Assembly: GCF_001194135.2 (NCBI RefSeq)
Contig: NC_068993.1
Span: 58,911,701-58,973,935, forward strand
DNA: 62,235 bases
Direction: 5' to 3'
From: Octopus bimaculoides
Lineage: Eukaryota
This document shows positions 39,616 to 49,715 of the stretch, in pieces. The notes beneath the pieces are model-generated. The model searched no databases. It had not been told where the DNA came from and was given only the letters and a program-made list of their open reading frames with translations. A program made the translations under genes and the position numbers. Every line of letters starts with the position of its first letter. The stretch's first letter is position 1.

Positions 39616-42600
39616 TTTTGTTCTTTTATTTGTTTCAGTCATTTGACTGTGGCCATGCTGGAGCACTGCCTTTAGTCGAGCAAATCGACCCCAGGACTTA
39701 TTCTTTGTAAGCCTAGTACTTATTCTATCGGTCTCTTTTGCCGAGCCGCTAAGTTACGTGGGACGTGAACACACCAACATCGGTTGTCAAGCGATGGTCG
39801 GGGGACAAACACAGACACACAAACACACACACACAAACACACATATATATATACATATATGATGGGCTTCTTTCAGTTTCCGTCTACCAAATCCACTCGC
39901 AAGGCTTTGGTCGGCCCGAGGCTATCGTAGAAGACACTTGCCCAAGGTGCCACGCAGTGAGACTGAACCCGGAACTATGTGGTTGGTAAGCAAGCTACTT
40001 ACCACACAGCCACTCCTGCACCTATGTATACAGACATATATATATATATATTATAACGTCAGCTTTCCATGCTGGCATGGGTTGGACGGTTTGTGTGTGT
40101 GAGGAACATGATTTTCTCTTACGTATGTTTCATTAAATACACACACACACACACACACGTGTATGTGTGTGTGCATAGAGGAAGTTTCTAATGTGCCACA
40201 ATTGTTCACGATTGTTGTTTACTTTTGCAGATAATAAACCTTTAACATTTGCTGGTCGTAGCTTCGCTCGATGGACGTTGGTGGATAAACACGGCTTTGA
40301 AAACAGATTAAGTGTTTCCTTGAGGATAAAGACTCACCAGAAAAATGCCAACCTCATGTTTGCTAGTGGTTCTGTGGATTATAGTATTCTTGAGGTAAAC
40401 AACTTCTATTTTTTTGCATCTTCTTTTTTATTCTTTTACTTGTTTCAGTCATCGAGTATGGCCATGCTGGAGCAATGCCTTGAAAGATTTAGTCAAGCAA
40501 ATCAAACCCAGTACTTTTTTTCGTTTTTTTTTTTTTTTTAAGTTTGGTTCTTATTCTGTCAGTTGTCTTTTGCTGAACTGCCAAGTCATAGAGCTGTAAA
40601 CTTTCTAGGAATAAGCAAATAGGAAATAACAGTTTCTACCTAACAACAGTGTAATTAGTGTTATGCAAATAATGACCAAACAAACAAAACAAAACAGACG
40701 CATTGAAATTTAATTTCTGTTTTTTCTCTCCATATTTTTTCTCACAACAGCTGGACAATGGCATGGTACAGTACAGGTTTGAATGTGGCAGTGGTGTTGG
40801 AAGAGTGCAGCTACCCAGGAAAATCAGTGATGGTGAATGGCACACCATATTTGTTGAGCGCTTAGGCAAGACAGCTACAATCAACCTGGACGGCCGTTAC
40901 ACGGCATGGTCGAGCGCTCCGGGTGAACATGATGTCCTCAATCTGGGCAGCAACAACATTTATTTTGGCGCCGAAGTCGAGACATTCCCTAACGGTTACC
41001 GCAACATCAAGCGGGGCTTCGAAGGGTGCATGGAAGACCTGCGCCTACACAACATCCGTTTGCCATTCACTGATCGCAATGCTGTAGCCACCTCACAGGA
41101 ATTTCATAAGATTGAGTTTAACTGCAAGAACATGTGGGAGAAAAATGAAAATGGTAATTCGTTTTTTTTTTGTTACATTTCACTAATGTTATTTTTGTCA
41201 TTGTTGTTGCAGCTGTTGTTGTTGTTAGTCAAGCAATGGGTAAAGGTAAAGTTTAAAGACCCCGTTTTGGTCACAAATGACTTTGGGGTTGTACCAAGAA
41301 AGTTCCCCTTCAAGGCACAAGTCTGGACAAAGTTGTTTATGGAAGACCAGTAATCGTTCATGCATACCAACCTCTCCTCTCTACACCACCATTCTTTTCC
41401 AAGGGAAAGGCAAAGGACGATATAGCTTGGCACCAGTGACATCTCAACTCATTTCTACGGCTGAGTAGAACTGGAGCAACATGAAATAACATATCTTGCT
41501 CAAAGAACACAAAACACAGCCTATCACAGGAATCAAAAACACAACCTGTCTGTTTATCTCATATAATCTTCCCATCAATCTACCTGTCATACCATTACTC
41601 ACTTAGCTGTCCATCTGTCTGTACCATCATTATACATAACTTTCTATTACACACCTGTCAGTTTACTTTATGCCATGTTCACCTGACTCTGTACCTGCGA
41701 CATTATTACTTACTTATCTGTTTTGTTTTTTTTTGTATCTTTCTCTGACTTTGTAGATCCTTGTTCCAACTTCCCATGCCTCAATGGCGGTCGGTGTATC
41801 CCATCCAGCCACAAGAGCTACACCTGTGTGTGTGGTTCACGTTTCCAAGGACTGAAGTGTGAAGTCGATACCAATCCATGTGCAGATAACCCATGTCTAA
41901 ATGGAGGTAGGAAAATGCATCCTCCTGTGTCTCTCTATCTCTTTGCAAAACACCTGTGTTTATATTTATCATAAAAGGATGCACTGTTGTAGATTTAGGC
42001 AATGACTAGTGACCGAGACTTTTGGAAATAGGCTGTGCTTGAGAAGACCCGGCAAGCTAAGTGAGACCATAACCCATGGCCTATGCTAGGGGTGTAACCA
42101 GCCCACTTATGCATACCTTTCCTTCATTGGACACTAAACTCTGCTTGCAAAGACCTGTTGAGGCAAGTGAAATCGAAATCAAAATCAAATTCAATGACTG
42201 GCATCTGTGCTAATGGAGCGCTAAGAGCACCATCAGAGCAGCTGACTGGCTTCCACCATTCAAGCGTGATCGTTACCAGTGTCATCTTACTAGCACTTGT
42301 GCCGGTGGCACTTGAAAAAATATTCCAGCAAGGTTGTTGCCAGTGTTACTGGACTGGCTCCTGTGCAGGTACATAAAAAACACCATTTGAGCATGGCCGT
42401 TGCCAATGCCACCTGAGTGGCCCTCATGCTGGTGGCACGTAAAAGCACCCACTACACTCTCAGAGTGGTTGGCGTTAGGAAGGGCATCCAGGTGTATAAA
42501 CTCTGCCAGGTCAGATTGGAGCCTTGAGCAGCCATCTGGTTTGACGTCAAGCCCATGCCAGCATGGAAAGCAGATGTTAAACAATGATGATGATGATATA

Positions 42601-42879
42601 TATATATATATATATACATATATATAATGGAGTGAAGTGAAAATTAATCATAACATAACATATTAAACTACAGGCACTTTTTCCTTTTTGTCCTTNNNNN
42701 NNNNNNNNNNNNNNNNNNNNNNNNNNNNNNNNNNNNNNNNNNNNNNNNNNNNNNNNNNNNNNNNNNNNNNNNNNNNNNNNNNNNNTATATACACATATAT
42801 GTGTGTATGTGTATGTATGCATATATATGTATATATATATATATATATACATATATATGTGTGTGTGTATGTATGCATG

Positions 42880-42910
<31 letters not shown>

Positions 42911-44962
42911 ATATATATATGTGTGTGTGTGTGTATATGTATGTTATTACATGCGTGCATGTGTATACGTATGTTATTGCATGTGTGTGTGTATATATAT
43001 ATGCATGCATGCACACATAAACACAGTTGCAACCATAAATGTTGATTTTGTTGCTCTTCTGTGGAGGACGTAACACATGTTCCACAACAGCCTCAAAATG
43101 TCCTGAAGACATTTTTAGGCTGTTGTGGATCATGGCATGATGTCCTTACACCTCCTATCATGGCATGATGTCCTTACTGAAACAATATATAGTGCCAGTC
43201 ATAGAAAAGACTGCTCTCTTAGTAAATATACACAAACTTAGCATCATGAAAAAATATTAGTGGAACATTCCCAGCACAACTTGTACCAAATGCAATGATA
43301 ACAGACCTGATATAGTTATTGAGCATGGAGAAGACATTTCATGTACTGTCATTTAACTTCAACCAAATTTCTTGGTGCTTATACAAAATTATGAAATGAA
43401 TACTAATTTTCAAAAGTAAAGTATTCATTACCTTAGCTTTTAGCATTCTGAGGGCAAATCATGTTGCCATACAATTTTCCTCCTCTATCGCCTCAGCCAC
43501 ATTGTGTCACATTGAGAAGGGAGAAAACACATATGATGACATGTTGCACCTTCAGCATGCTAAAGGTTAACATATAATTAAATGAAACAAATTTCTTATT
43601 ATATAATTCGTTCTTCCTCTTACGACTCTGCTCATTGTCCTCTTCTTTTGTCTCTCTGATTCTTTCCTCTCATTGTGTGTGTGTAGCATTCTTTTATTCT
43701 TTGCCTGCCACCAAGCCTCAAGTGCATACTCATCCCGCTTTTCTTACATTAACAACACTGCCTGTATCTCTCTTTTACTTTGTCTTCTCCTCTCTCTATA
43801 CAAAATAAAGCATGACTAAAAGACTCAAATAACTAGCAAACGTTTATCTTGGCTATTATTACATAAAGATTATCATTAATTGTTTATTATGACCAGATTA
43901 TCATTAATCGATTATTCCTAACTAATTGTCATTAAGTAATTATTATTAACTGGTAACTTTCACTTCAGGTACCTGTCGTAACAACCCTGTTTTACCCAAT
44001 GATTTCTGGTGTAAATGTGTTGGTGGACTTAAGGGACGACGTTGTGAATATGGCCACCACTGTGCTGTCAATCCTTGCAGGAATGGTGCCAATTGCATTG
44101 AAGGACCAGACAAACCTATTTGCCAATGTGTTGGACTTTATGAAGGTAAATTTCACATTTTGTTACTTTATGTTTTTCTCAGCTATTTGTTTTGTTTTTT
44201 GTCTTAATATCAGACGGAACAGGAAGGACAGCTTCCATGAACCACCCAAGTCCTAACGATAATATAACTGATAGGTTTTCTTCACCCAAATTTCTCGTTC
44301 TTTATGTTTAACAACCTTTCATTCTTATGAGGTTCATATCTTGTCTTTACATTCTGAGTTCAAATTCCACTGAGGTCGACTTTGCCTTTCATCCTTTCAG
44401 GATCAATAAATTAAGTACCTGTTACACATTGGTGTCAATGTAATTGACTCACCCCTCCCCCAAAATTTCAGACCTTGTGCTTTTAGTAGAAAGGATTATT
44501 ATTGTTGTTGTTGTTATTATGGCAGAAACAATAGTGCTTTGCAGCATTTTTTTCCGACTACTTATGTTTTTATGTTTTAAGGTCAAATTCAGCCTAGGTC
44601 AACTTTGCCACATGTTTTTTCTGAAGTCTTGGATTATTTCCATTCTCATATATGATAAAGGGATCATTCCCAGTATATAACAGAAGTATGAAACAACCTG
44701 CCTAAAGTAATAACTTCTCTTTGTTATTATTTATTGACTTTACATATTTTGAACATTTGTGTCCATCTTTACCACTTCCACAGTTTATTGTATCATTTGT
44801 TGCTTGCAGTCAATGGAGCATGCATGGAAGTGTTCAGATATTTCTAATAAAATTTTATTTGTTTGCCTATGTTTTCCAATAAACTGCTGAATTATCCTTA
44901 TTTTTCATTTTTTTTTTTTTTCTGAATTTTTCAAATTGTAAAGATAATTTATGGACACTTTG

Positions 44963-45006
<44 letters not shown>

Positions 45007-45315
45007 TATGTATATTCGTATTGTTTTCTTTCAGGCCCACTTTGTCAATATGAGTCTGATAAGTGTGCCAACAACCCTTGCAAGAATGGTGGCACCTGCT
45101 ACAATGGACCTGGCACTTATTTCTGCAACTGCAGCATTGACACAGTCGGAACGCACTGTGAAGAAATCCTTCTTCCAAATATCTCATCTAATAAACATGG
45201 AATCACAGAGAATGAAATCTTCATCATAATTGGTCAGTTTCCATTATTATTATGTTTTTTTTTTCTTCTTTCTTCAAATTTTCTTCTATTTCTCACTGAG
45301 TGTTTTTGGTACACC

Positions 45316-45348
<33 letters not shown>

Positions 45349-46603
45349 CATTATCATCATCATTATTATTATTAAAGGCAGCAAGCTGGTGGAAACATTA
45401 GCACACCAAGCGAAATGTTTAGCAGTATTGCATTTGTCTTTACGTTCTGAGTTCAAATTCCGCCAAGGTCAACTTTGCCTTTCATCCTTTCGGAGTCGAT
45501 AAATTAAGTACCAGTTGCATATTGGAGTCAATCTAATCGACTGGCCCCCTCCCCATGATGAAGCTGTTTTTTTCTGTCTCAAATTGGTGATTTTGATATT
45601 TAATGTAATTTACATGTTAATTGTAGCTGTTAATTCATGTTCTTTTGTCTGTTTTGAATTCCTCACAGGTGCCTTAGCATTCCTGATCGTAATAGTAATC
45701 ATTCTGATTGCCATTCGATTCTGGTACCAGAAGAAGCAAGCTCATCGCCGGATTCTTGCCCCAAATCCCCGCTTGGCCAACAACGTGATCATGGGTGACC
45801 CTGATGATCTGAAACATTCCAAACTCAGCAACCCAGACCTGCACCTCGGCATATCACACTGCCCACCCAGCCCTCAACCNNNNNNNNNNNNNNNNNNNNN
45901 NNNNNNNNNNNNNNNNNNNNNNNNNNNNNNNNNNNNNNNNNNNNNNNNNNNNNNNNNNNNNNNNNNNNNNNNNNNNNNNNNNNNNNNNNNNNGTGCGACC
46001 ACCTGCAGACTTTCAGCCCGTATCCGCGCAATGGCGCAAGTGTGCCGCCATCGCTCCCACCACCCCCACCGTCGAACTCAGCATCCGACACAGACTCTAT
46101 ACAGAAACCAACCTGGGAGCTTGATTATCCAAACATCTTGGAAAATTATACGGAATGTAAGTCATTTAGTCTTTTTAGGGTTTTTTTTTTTTGTCTTTAG
46201 AAACAAATTCTTTGATTTCATTACATTTCTCTTTTCTTCTTGAAGAAATTTTATTTATATTTCGAAATTTTTTTTTTTTTTTTTTACATATTAATAGAAA
46301 TGTTTATTTGTGTTTCTTTGTTTTTCATTAATTGTTTCTTTTTTGCAGATTTATCTTATTTTAAAGAATGTATTTATTTTTAATCATTTGATTAATTTAT
46401 TATTTCTAAGGCTGCAAAAGAATTATAGGAAAACTGGTAAAGTGCTGGATTTAAAATATCTCTGCAGTATTTAGTTACGTCTACTTAGGTTCAAATCCCA
46501 CCAGTGATGTCTTTGATGTTCCCCTCTTGGAAGATGGTGAAACCATAATCTGTCATATACTGAGGTCAACTTACAAAACTTGGGATACTGTGATTACATT
46601 AGA

Positions 46604-46641
<38 letters not shown>

Positions 46642-47919
46642 GGACTAGTGATTAGGGAGTTAACCCACAATTACGAGATCATGGTTTCAATTCCTAGACA
46701 GGGTGGTGCATTGTGTTCTCAGCAGCATGTTGTCTGTCTTTACATTCTGAGTTCAAATGGCACTGGGGTCGACTGTGCCTTCTTTCATCCCTTGCAGGGT
46801 CAACAAAATAAGTATCAGTTGAACACTGAGATAGACTGCAGAGTAAAATTTCAGGCACTGCCCCTTCCTCTTTGGATAAAATTTGTAAAAACGAAATCTG
46901 TTTATTCTTCACTTTATCACAGTAAGAAAATTTAACAAAGTTACTTTGTTATCGTATTTCCTTATTTCATTCATTTCTTTTTGCCTTTAATTAAAAATGT
47001 AAAAAAAAAAACAACAAAATACATTTTTGCTTTTGTATTTTTATTTTTATTTGAGTGGTGCTTATTCTAATACCTTAAAGAATACCAAATGCCAAAGCCT
47101 TCTTTTGTTAATATCTATCATAACAACGTGGTCCATTTCCTTGGTGCTTCAGTTTTTTGGGTTTTTTTATAACTAAAAATGCATTTTCAAGCCAAAATTT
47201 TTCTTGGAGAATCTCTAAATAATTTTGTAACTTATTGCTTAATTTTAAAAATAATATGCAGACTTTATATATTAGCATTCCTCTTGGAATTTATATTATT
47301 TCAAATCCTATTGCTTTGGGTTGTTGAAGAATTTGCAATCCCCAAATTATTTTAAATCCTGTTGCTTAAATTCTAAAAATGTTTTACAATTCTTAAAACA
47401 AGATTTCCCCTGCAATCTCTTAAAATTCATAACTTGGTGCTTACTTTTAATACCAAAAAGTCTTCAGAACCTGACATTTCTTTAGCAGCACAAATTTGAT
47501 ATTTCTCTTGTGGCTTTACAGTCCTCAGAAGCTTGTGCTTCTTTCATTATCCATGAAACCCAACATATCAAGAAGAGACGATGAGTGAGATAGCTCCTCT
47601 ACAGCAAGAATCCTCTTTCCACAACACATAGCATAAAGCTACCTCCTTTTCAGCTGTACTCTTACTCCGTTAAGGGGTGCATTTTAGTCTTGTGAAATAC
47701 ATGACAACCTCATTAGTGCTGATGCCATGAAAAAAAGGACTCCGTACACTCTGTCAGTTGGTTGGTGTTAGGATGGGATCCAGTCATAGAAACCATGCCA
47801 AAACAGACATTAGAACACAAGAGAATTCTCCGACTCATCTGATCCTGTCAAAGTGTTTTACTCATGACAGCACAGAGGAGAAACATTAAATGATGATGAT
47901 GATGATGATGATGATATTT

Positions 47920-47997
<78 letters not shown>

Positions 47998-48985
47998 CAG
48001 AGAGAGATAGTAGATATATATACATAATTACGAATATGTGTATGCAATGTATGTATATATATATATACATACACACACAGACATGTATGTATCTTATACA
48101 ACATATAGGTGTGTATAATATATGTACACATGTTTACGAGCATAAAATCTAAGCATGAAAGCCAATGGTTAGTGAAACCTTGGAAGGCCATATCCATGTA
48201 TATAGATACATAGGTACGATTACACACTAACATGTAGGCATATATATATGTCTGTGTATATATGTGAATGTATAAGTAAACTTGCTTATGAAAGTACATG
48301 CAAATATCTATGTATATATACACATGTTTTACACACTTAAAAGTGCACAGGAACAAGGTTTATGATGCCTTTACTAAAAGTCTGCATATGTAGTTGTAAT
48401 TGCCATTGTCATTTAGACCCAAATTAGCCCTAATCCATCAGGCCTATGATCAAAAAAGCATTCCATTTGTGACCATCCTGTCTTTTTAGCATATCCTAGA
48501 ATATGTTGCCAAATGTGTCCTGCCTTCTGTTTTAACATGGTAGGATGTCTTTTGAGAGAGATGTAGCTGCTATTTCTTGTAAGCTTGACAACTGCATCGG
48601 AACTCTCTTGTTGTCTTGTCGCATATACTGCAACATACAAAAATGGTGCTGCTATTGACGGTGCTGATGGTCACTTGACAACGGCCAAACCACTAACAGC
48701 AGTAGCGAGAACAGCAATAAGAAAGATAATGATGGCATTAATAAGAGTTAATAAATAAACTAGTTAAGTAATAGTTGAAGGTTCTTTAAAATAATAATAA
48801 TAATAATGGCCTGGTTTCTTTGTATTTCCATTTCATGAGAGTAGCAGAAAGGAAAAATTCCATGAACTTGGCCAAAGCCATGCCTATACAAGACCCTTCT
48901 CCTCTTTTCCACCGCAACCTTTCTGGACGTGATACCTCATCTTATGGCAGTCTACCGATGACTGGGTCCGAAGAAGACCTTCCTG
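1610..48985 (+). CDS. FAT1-like: Multi-exon Fat-like protocadherin gene (FAT1-3/kugelei class), partial at both ends
   Basis: 29 phase-consistent GT-AG exons. Cadherin motifs (LDRE, DxNDNxP, AxDxD), then EGF, a single LamG, 4 EGF, TM and the cytoplasmic [19 protein letters not shown] motif. One LamG argues for the FAT1-3/fat-like class, not Fat4/Ft, which has two. Confidence 0.93.
2312..2662 (+). mobile_element. tRNA-derived SINE family A copy
   Basis: B-box GGTTCAGTCC; shared body gcaccttgggcaagtgtcttc...gcagtcaaatgactgaaacaagtaaaagaata; recurs at least 7 times. Confidence 0.8.
3768..4030 (-). mobile_element. Retroposon family B ((ATG)n-tailed) copy; others at about 17183, 18828, 21795 and 42005-42592 (+)
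   Basis: (cat)n-cgtttaacgtccgctttccatgctagcatggg...ctggatgcccttcctaacgccaaccac shared among copies; this copy has a 19-nt internal tandem duplication at about 3978-4028. Confidence 0.75.
4161..4463 (+). CDS. FAT1-like: Fat-like exon 2
   Basis: gtccag|VTVKDNG...EDENDHAP...FEFI|gtgagt; phase 0-0. Confidence 0.93.
5733..5946 (+). CDS. FAT1-like: Fat-like exon 3
   Basis: ttccag|VKATDHG...WYSIA|gtaagt; phase 0-1. Confidence 0.92.
6143..6282 (+). CDS. FAT1-like: Fat-like exon 4
   Basis: ttgcag|[11 protein letters not shown]...QDFAW|gtaagt; phase 1-0. Confidence 0.92.
6830..7830. repeat. CA-rich minisatellite, 16-nt monomer, with a perfect 64-nt higher-order repeat near the N gap
   Basis: aacacaccattccgtc/aacataccacacctct/aacatgctgttcctcc/aatgcacccttcctcc recurs at 6871, 6935 and beyond the gap. 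Confidence 0.9.
8012..8219 (+). CDS. FAT1-like: Fat-like exon 5 (absent from ORF track)
   Basis: tcacag|[13 protein letters not shown]...HIDSET|gttagt; phase 0-1. Confidence 0.92.
8845..9120 (+). CDS. FAT1-like: Fat-like exon 6
   Basis: ttgtag|[12 protein letters not shown]...YSILS|gtagcc; phase 1-1. Confidence 0.92.
9255..9775 (-). mobile_element. Host tRNA-headed SINE (family D) interrupted by family C
   Basis: Minus-strand head ggtttagtggttagg...gagttcgattcc; the body continues on both sides of the insert. Confidence 0.7.
9361..9591 (+). mobile_element. tRNA-derived SINE family C, inserted into another SINE with a 13-bp TSD
   Basis: GAATGTGACAAAG at 9348-9360 and 9592-9604; body gttctgagttcaaattccgccgaggtcgactttgcctttcatcc. 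Confidence 0.85.
10262..11757 (+). CDS. FAT1-like: Fat-like exon 7 (1.5 kb, about 5 cadherin repeats)
   Basis: acgcag|[10 protein letters not shown]...GDLIKQ|gtaaat; phase 1-0. Confidence 0.95.
11810..11990 (-). mobile_element. SINE family A, 3' part
   Basis: tttcagtcatttgactgcggccatgctggagcacc... Confidence 0.75.
12099..12146 (-). ncRNA. Minimal hammerhead motif with mutated cleavage triplet
   Basis: GUCU-CUGAUGA-A-GGGAUAU(aauaa)AUAUCCU-G-GAAA-CAGCUG-CA^-AGAC; GCA where GUA is expected. Confidence 0.65.
12471..12648 (+). CDS. FAT1-like: Fat-like exon 8
   Basis: tcacag|ISAVDKDIG...EAADN|gtaagt; phase 0-1. Confidence 0.92.
13065..13286 (+). CDS. FAT1-like: Fat-like exon 9
   Basis: ttccag|[10 protein letters not shown]...FTVDFNT|gtaaga; phase 1-1. 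Confidence 0.92.
13785..13820 (-). ncRNA. Degenerate minimal hammerhead motif
   Basis: CUGAUGA-A-GGAC(uagu)GUCC-GAAA-UGUC; weak stem I. Confidence 0.5.
15787..15807 (+). CDS. FAT1-like: 21-nt symmetric microexon of the Fat-like gene (probable cassette; DMEVLGPC)
   Basis: cttaac branch-like site, ctactccctttcacag|AC ATG GAA GTT CTA GGC CCG T|gtaagt; phase 1-1, no stop, perfect intronic donor. Confidence 0.75.
18499..18620 (+). CDS. FAT1-like: Fat-like exon 10
   Basis: ttacag|[12 protein letters not shown]...INIM|gttagg; phase 1-0. Confidence 0.92.
18828..19110 (-). mobile_element. Retroposon family B copy
   Basis: High similarity to 3768-4030. Confidence 0.75.
19273..20095 (+). CDS. FAT1-like: Fat-like exon 11
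   Basis: cgttag|DVNDCNP...IDADT|gtaaat; phase 0-1. Confidence 0.94.
20847..21055 (+). CDS. FAT1-like: Fat-like exon 12
   Basis: aaacag|[12 protein letters not shown]...TSIVQ|gtgaaa; phase 1-0. Confidence 0.92.
21455..21599 (+). CDS. FAT1-like: Fat-like exon 13
   Basis: attcag|VKALDPDEG...SIREK|gtaagt; phase 0-1. Confidence 0.92.
22250..23319 (+). CDS. FAT1-like: Fat-like exon 14
   Basis: ttccag|ANQVYQFF...[11 protein letters not shown]|gtaata; phase 1-0. Confidence 0.94.
23340..24020. repeat. CT-rich and (CAT/CAC)n low-complexity intron
   Basis: Trinucleotide runs that generate the spurious poly-His ORFs. Confidence 0.85.
24062..24221 (+). CDS. FAT1-like: Fat-like exon 15 (absent from ORF track in this frame)
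   Basis: gcacag|[15 protein letters not shown]...MGVHT|gtaggt; phase 0-1. Confidence 0.9.
24843..25076 (+). CDS. FAT1-like: Fat-like exon 16
   Basis: ttacag|[12 protein letters not shown]...ATDRDA|gtaagt; phase 1-1. Confidence 0.92.
25875..26023 (+). CDS. FAT1-like: Fat-like exon 17
   Basis: ctgtag|[10 protein letters not shown]...AYDK|gtaggt; phase 1-0. Confidence 0.92.
26215..26500 (+). mobile_element. tRNA-headed SINE of a further family
   Basis: gtggttagagcagcagactc...aagttcgaatct head; gcatcccatccagg body. Confidence 0.6.
26530..26778 (-). mobile_element. tRNA-headed SINE carrying a hammerhead motif
   Basis: Head GGGCATATGGTATAGTGG...AGTTCGATTCC (A and B boxes), then (aat)n, the body and the hammerhead at 26587-26632. 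Confidence 0.7.
26587..26632 (-). ncRNA. Degenerate minimal hammerhead inside a tRNA-headed SINE
   Basis: GACAC-CUAAUGA-A-GGCUG(gagaguauau)CAGCC-GAAA-CAUU^-GUGUU; two G>A changes from a canonical CUGAUGA...GAAACGUU. Confidence 0.65.
26887..27121 (+). CDS. FAT1-like: Fat-like exon 18
   Basis: ttgcag|GFPRMSST...IDKTT|gtacgt; phase 0-1. Confidence 0.92.
27183..27345 (-). mobile_element. SINE family A, 5' part
   Basis: Reverse complement of the head and the gcaccttgagcaagtgtcttc body. Confidence 0.75.
27488..27840 (+). CDS. FAT1-like: Fat-like exon 19
   Basis: ttttag|[12 protein letters not shown]...LDREK|gtaagt; phase 1-0. Confidence 0.93.
27960..28150 (-). mobile_element. SINE family A, 3' part
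   Basis: Same 3' body as 11810-11990. Confidence 0.75.
28328..28471 (+). CDS. FAT1-like: Fat-like exon 20
   Basis: tttcag|ISSYNLEV...YSVAVQ|gtaaga; phase 0-0. Confidence 0.92.
29501..29546. repeat. (TTTGATGTAC)x4.6 perfect decamer repeat
   Basis: Seen directly. Confidence 0.9.
31365..31600. repeat. Degenerate tandem repeat of about 30 nt (about 7 copies)
   Basis: tgtccatagctgtcaaatatgtgtttatata variants. Confidence 0.75.
31824..32910 (+). mobile_element. Array of four family C SINE copies, some separated by (tta)n, with a MITE at 32197-32420
   Basis: Repeated gctggcagaatc(g)ttagcac...ttctgagttcaaat...ttgcctttcatcctttc units. Confidence 0.75.
32197..32420. mobile_element. TTAA-flanked MITE, piggyBac-like termini; other copies at about 5039-5283 and 30232-30432
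   Basis: Ends (t)taaccctttagcatt... / ...aaatactaaacagttaa; internal similarity among copies. Confidence 0.55.
36410..36794 (+). mobile_element. SINE family A copy
   Basis: Head, internal microsatellite and 3' body present. Confidence 0.8.
37539..38577 (+). CDS. FAT1-like: Fat-like exon 21 (last cadherin repeats, RRKR site, Cys-rich region)
   Basis: tttcag|EDRPTG...ECKCLD|gtaagt; phase 0-1. Confidence 0.94.
39021..39191 (+). CDS. FAT1-like: Fat-like exon 22 (EGF-like)
   Basis: ttgcag|[10 protein letters not shown]...GCYH|gtatgt; phase 1-1. Confidence 0.9.
39613..40022 (-). mobile_element. SINE family A, near full length
   Basis: Head GCAGGAGTGGCTGTGTGG (A-box) to the 3' aagaata tail, on the minus strand. 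Confidence 0.82.
40231..40394 (+). CDS. FAT1-like: Fat-like exon 23 (laminin-G, N-terminal part)
   Basis: ttgcag|[12 protein letters not shown]...YSILE|gtaaac; phase 1-0. Confidence 0.92.
40751..41153 (+). CDS. FAT1-like: Fat-like exon 24 (laminin-G, C-terminal part)
   Basis: caacag|[10 protein letters not shown]...SDGEWH...GFEGCM...KNEN|gtaatt; phase 0-1. Confidence 0.93.
41757..41906 (+). CDS. FAT1-like: Fat-like exon 25 (EGF)
   Basis: ttgtag|[12 protein letters not shown]...CLNG|gtagga; phase 1-1. Confidence 0.92.
42005..42592 (+). mobile_element. Longer family B element ending in a gatgatgat tail
   Basis: The 3' 200 nt is the reverse complement of the family B copies. Confidence 0.65.
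43969..44145 (+). CDS. FAT1-like: Fat-like exon 26 (EGF)
   Basis: cttcag|[17 protein letters not shown]...GLYE|gtaaat; phase 1-1. Confidence 0.92.
45035..45232 (+). CDS. FAT1-like: Fat-like exon 27 (EGF and start of TM)
   Basis: tttcag|[11 protein letters not shown]...EIFIII|gtcagt; phase 1-1. Confidence 0.92.
45375..45555 (+). mobile_element. SINE family C copy (others at about 6020, 39430, 44340, 46720, 52415)
   Basis: Same body motif, preceded by (tta)n. Confidence 0.75.
45669..46156 (+). CDS. FAT1-like: Fat-like exon 28 (TM and cytoplasmic tail; N gap 45880-45992 inside)
   Basis: tcacag|[23 protein letters not shown]...gap...[26 protein letters not shown]...YTE T|gtaagt. The frame differs across the 113-N gap, so the gap size is an estimate; the true size must be a multiple of 3 if no intron lies inside. 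Confidence 0.88.
48845..48985 (+). CDS. FAT1-like: Fat-like exon 29 (cytoplasmic tail)
   Basis: [13 protein letters not shown]...[16 protein letters not shown]|gtacgt; phase 1-1; acceptor ambiguous (gAG/tAG/cAG tandem). Confidence 0.75.
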
Positions 48986-49385
48986 GTACGTTGAAATGCT
49001 TCCAATTTTTACGGATCTCATATGATGTGACATAAAAAACTGTTTGTTTGTTCTTGTTGTTGTTGTTTGTCCCACAATATGACTTTGTTAACAACAGCAA
49101 TTAATTATTTAATTAATAATTAAAATTAAATGAAGCAAGGCAAGACAAAATGAGAGAGGGATAATTATTTTGTTTCCCAAATCAGTGATTTTTGTCCAGA
49201 ATGACAATAACCACCACTACCACCACAAGTGGTGACATTGGACGTCTAGTCTTCCATGTTTCACAATATCATAACCATTAACATGAATTAACAGAGACTA
49301 CATTTGCATGTTGCCTACATGTTACTCATAAGATACCCTACTATTCATTGAAAAGTGAAGTCAAAATTATTCATGAAAAAGTGGA

Positions 49386-49454
<69 letters not shown>

Positions 49455-49715
49455 CTACTGAGTAGTAGAGGTGAAAATCTGGTAAGTTAAGTTTCTAATC
49501 CCAAATCTAACACCCATTTATAATTATTTCTCTTCGCTTAAATTGATTACACTCTAGAAAAATGTCCTTTATAGATTCATCTGCTAACTTACAATTAACA
49601 AAAATTGTGTTTTCTGAGTAAAGAAGCCAATATGAACTAACAACCCCTCTTTCTCTTCTCTCTTTCATTTTCCCTTTACCTTACATCCTGATATATACAC
49701 ACACACACACACACA

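Noticed and set aside
45880-45992. Frameshift or pseudogenisation in the cytoplasmic exon
   Set aside because: The frame change coincides with an estimated-length N gap, and both flanks encode conserved sequence.
46349-46369. 21-nt in-frame segment YLSYFKE after a strong acceptor
   Set aside because: The donor (aat|gtattt) is weak and the composition matches the AT-rich intron background.
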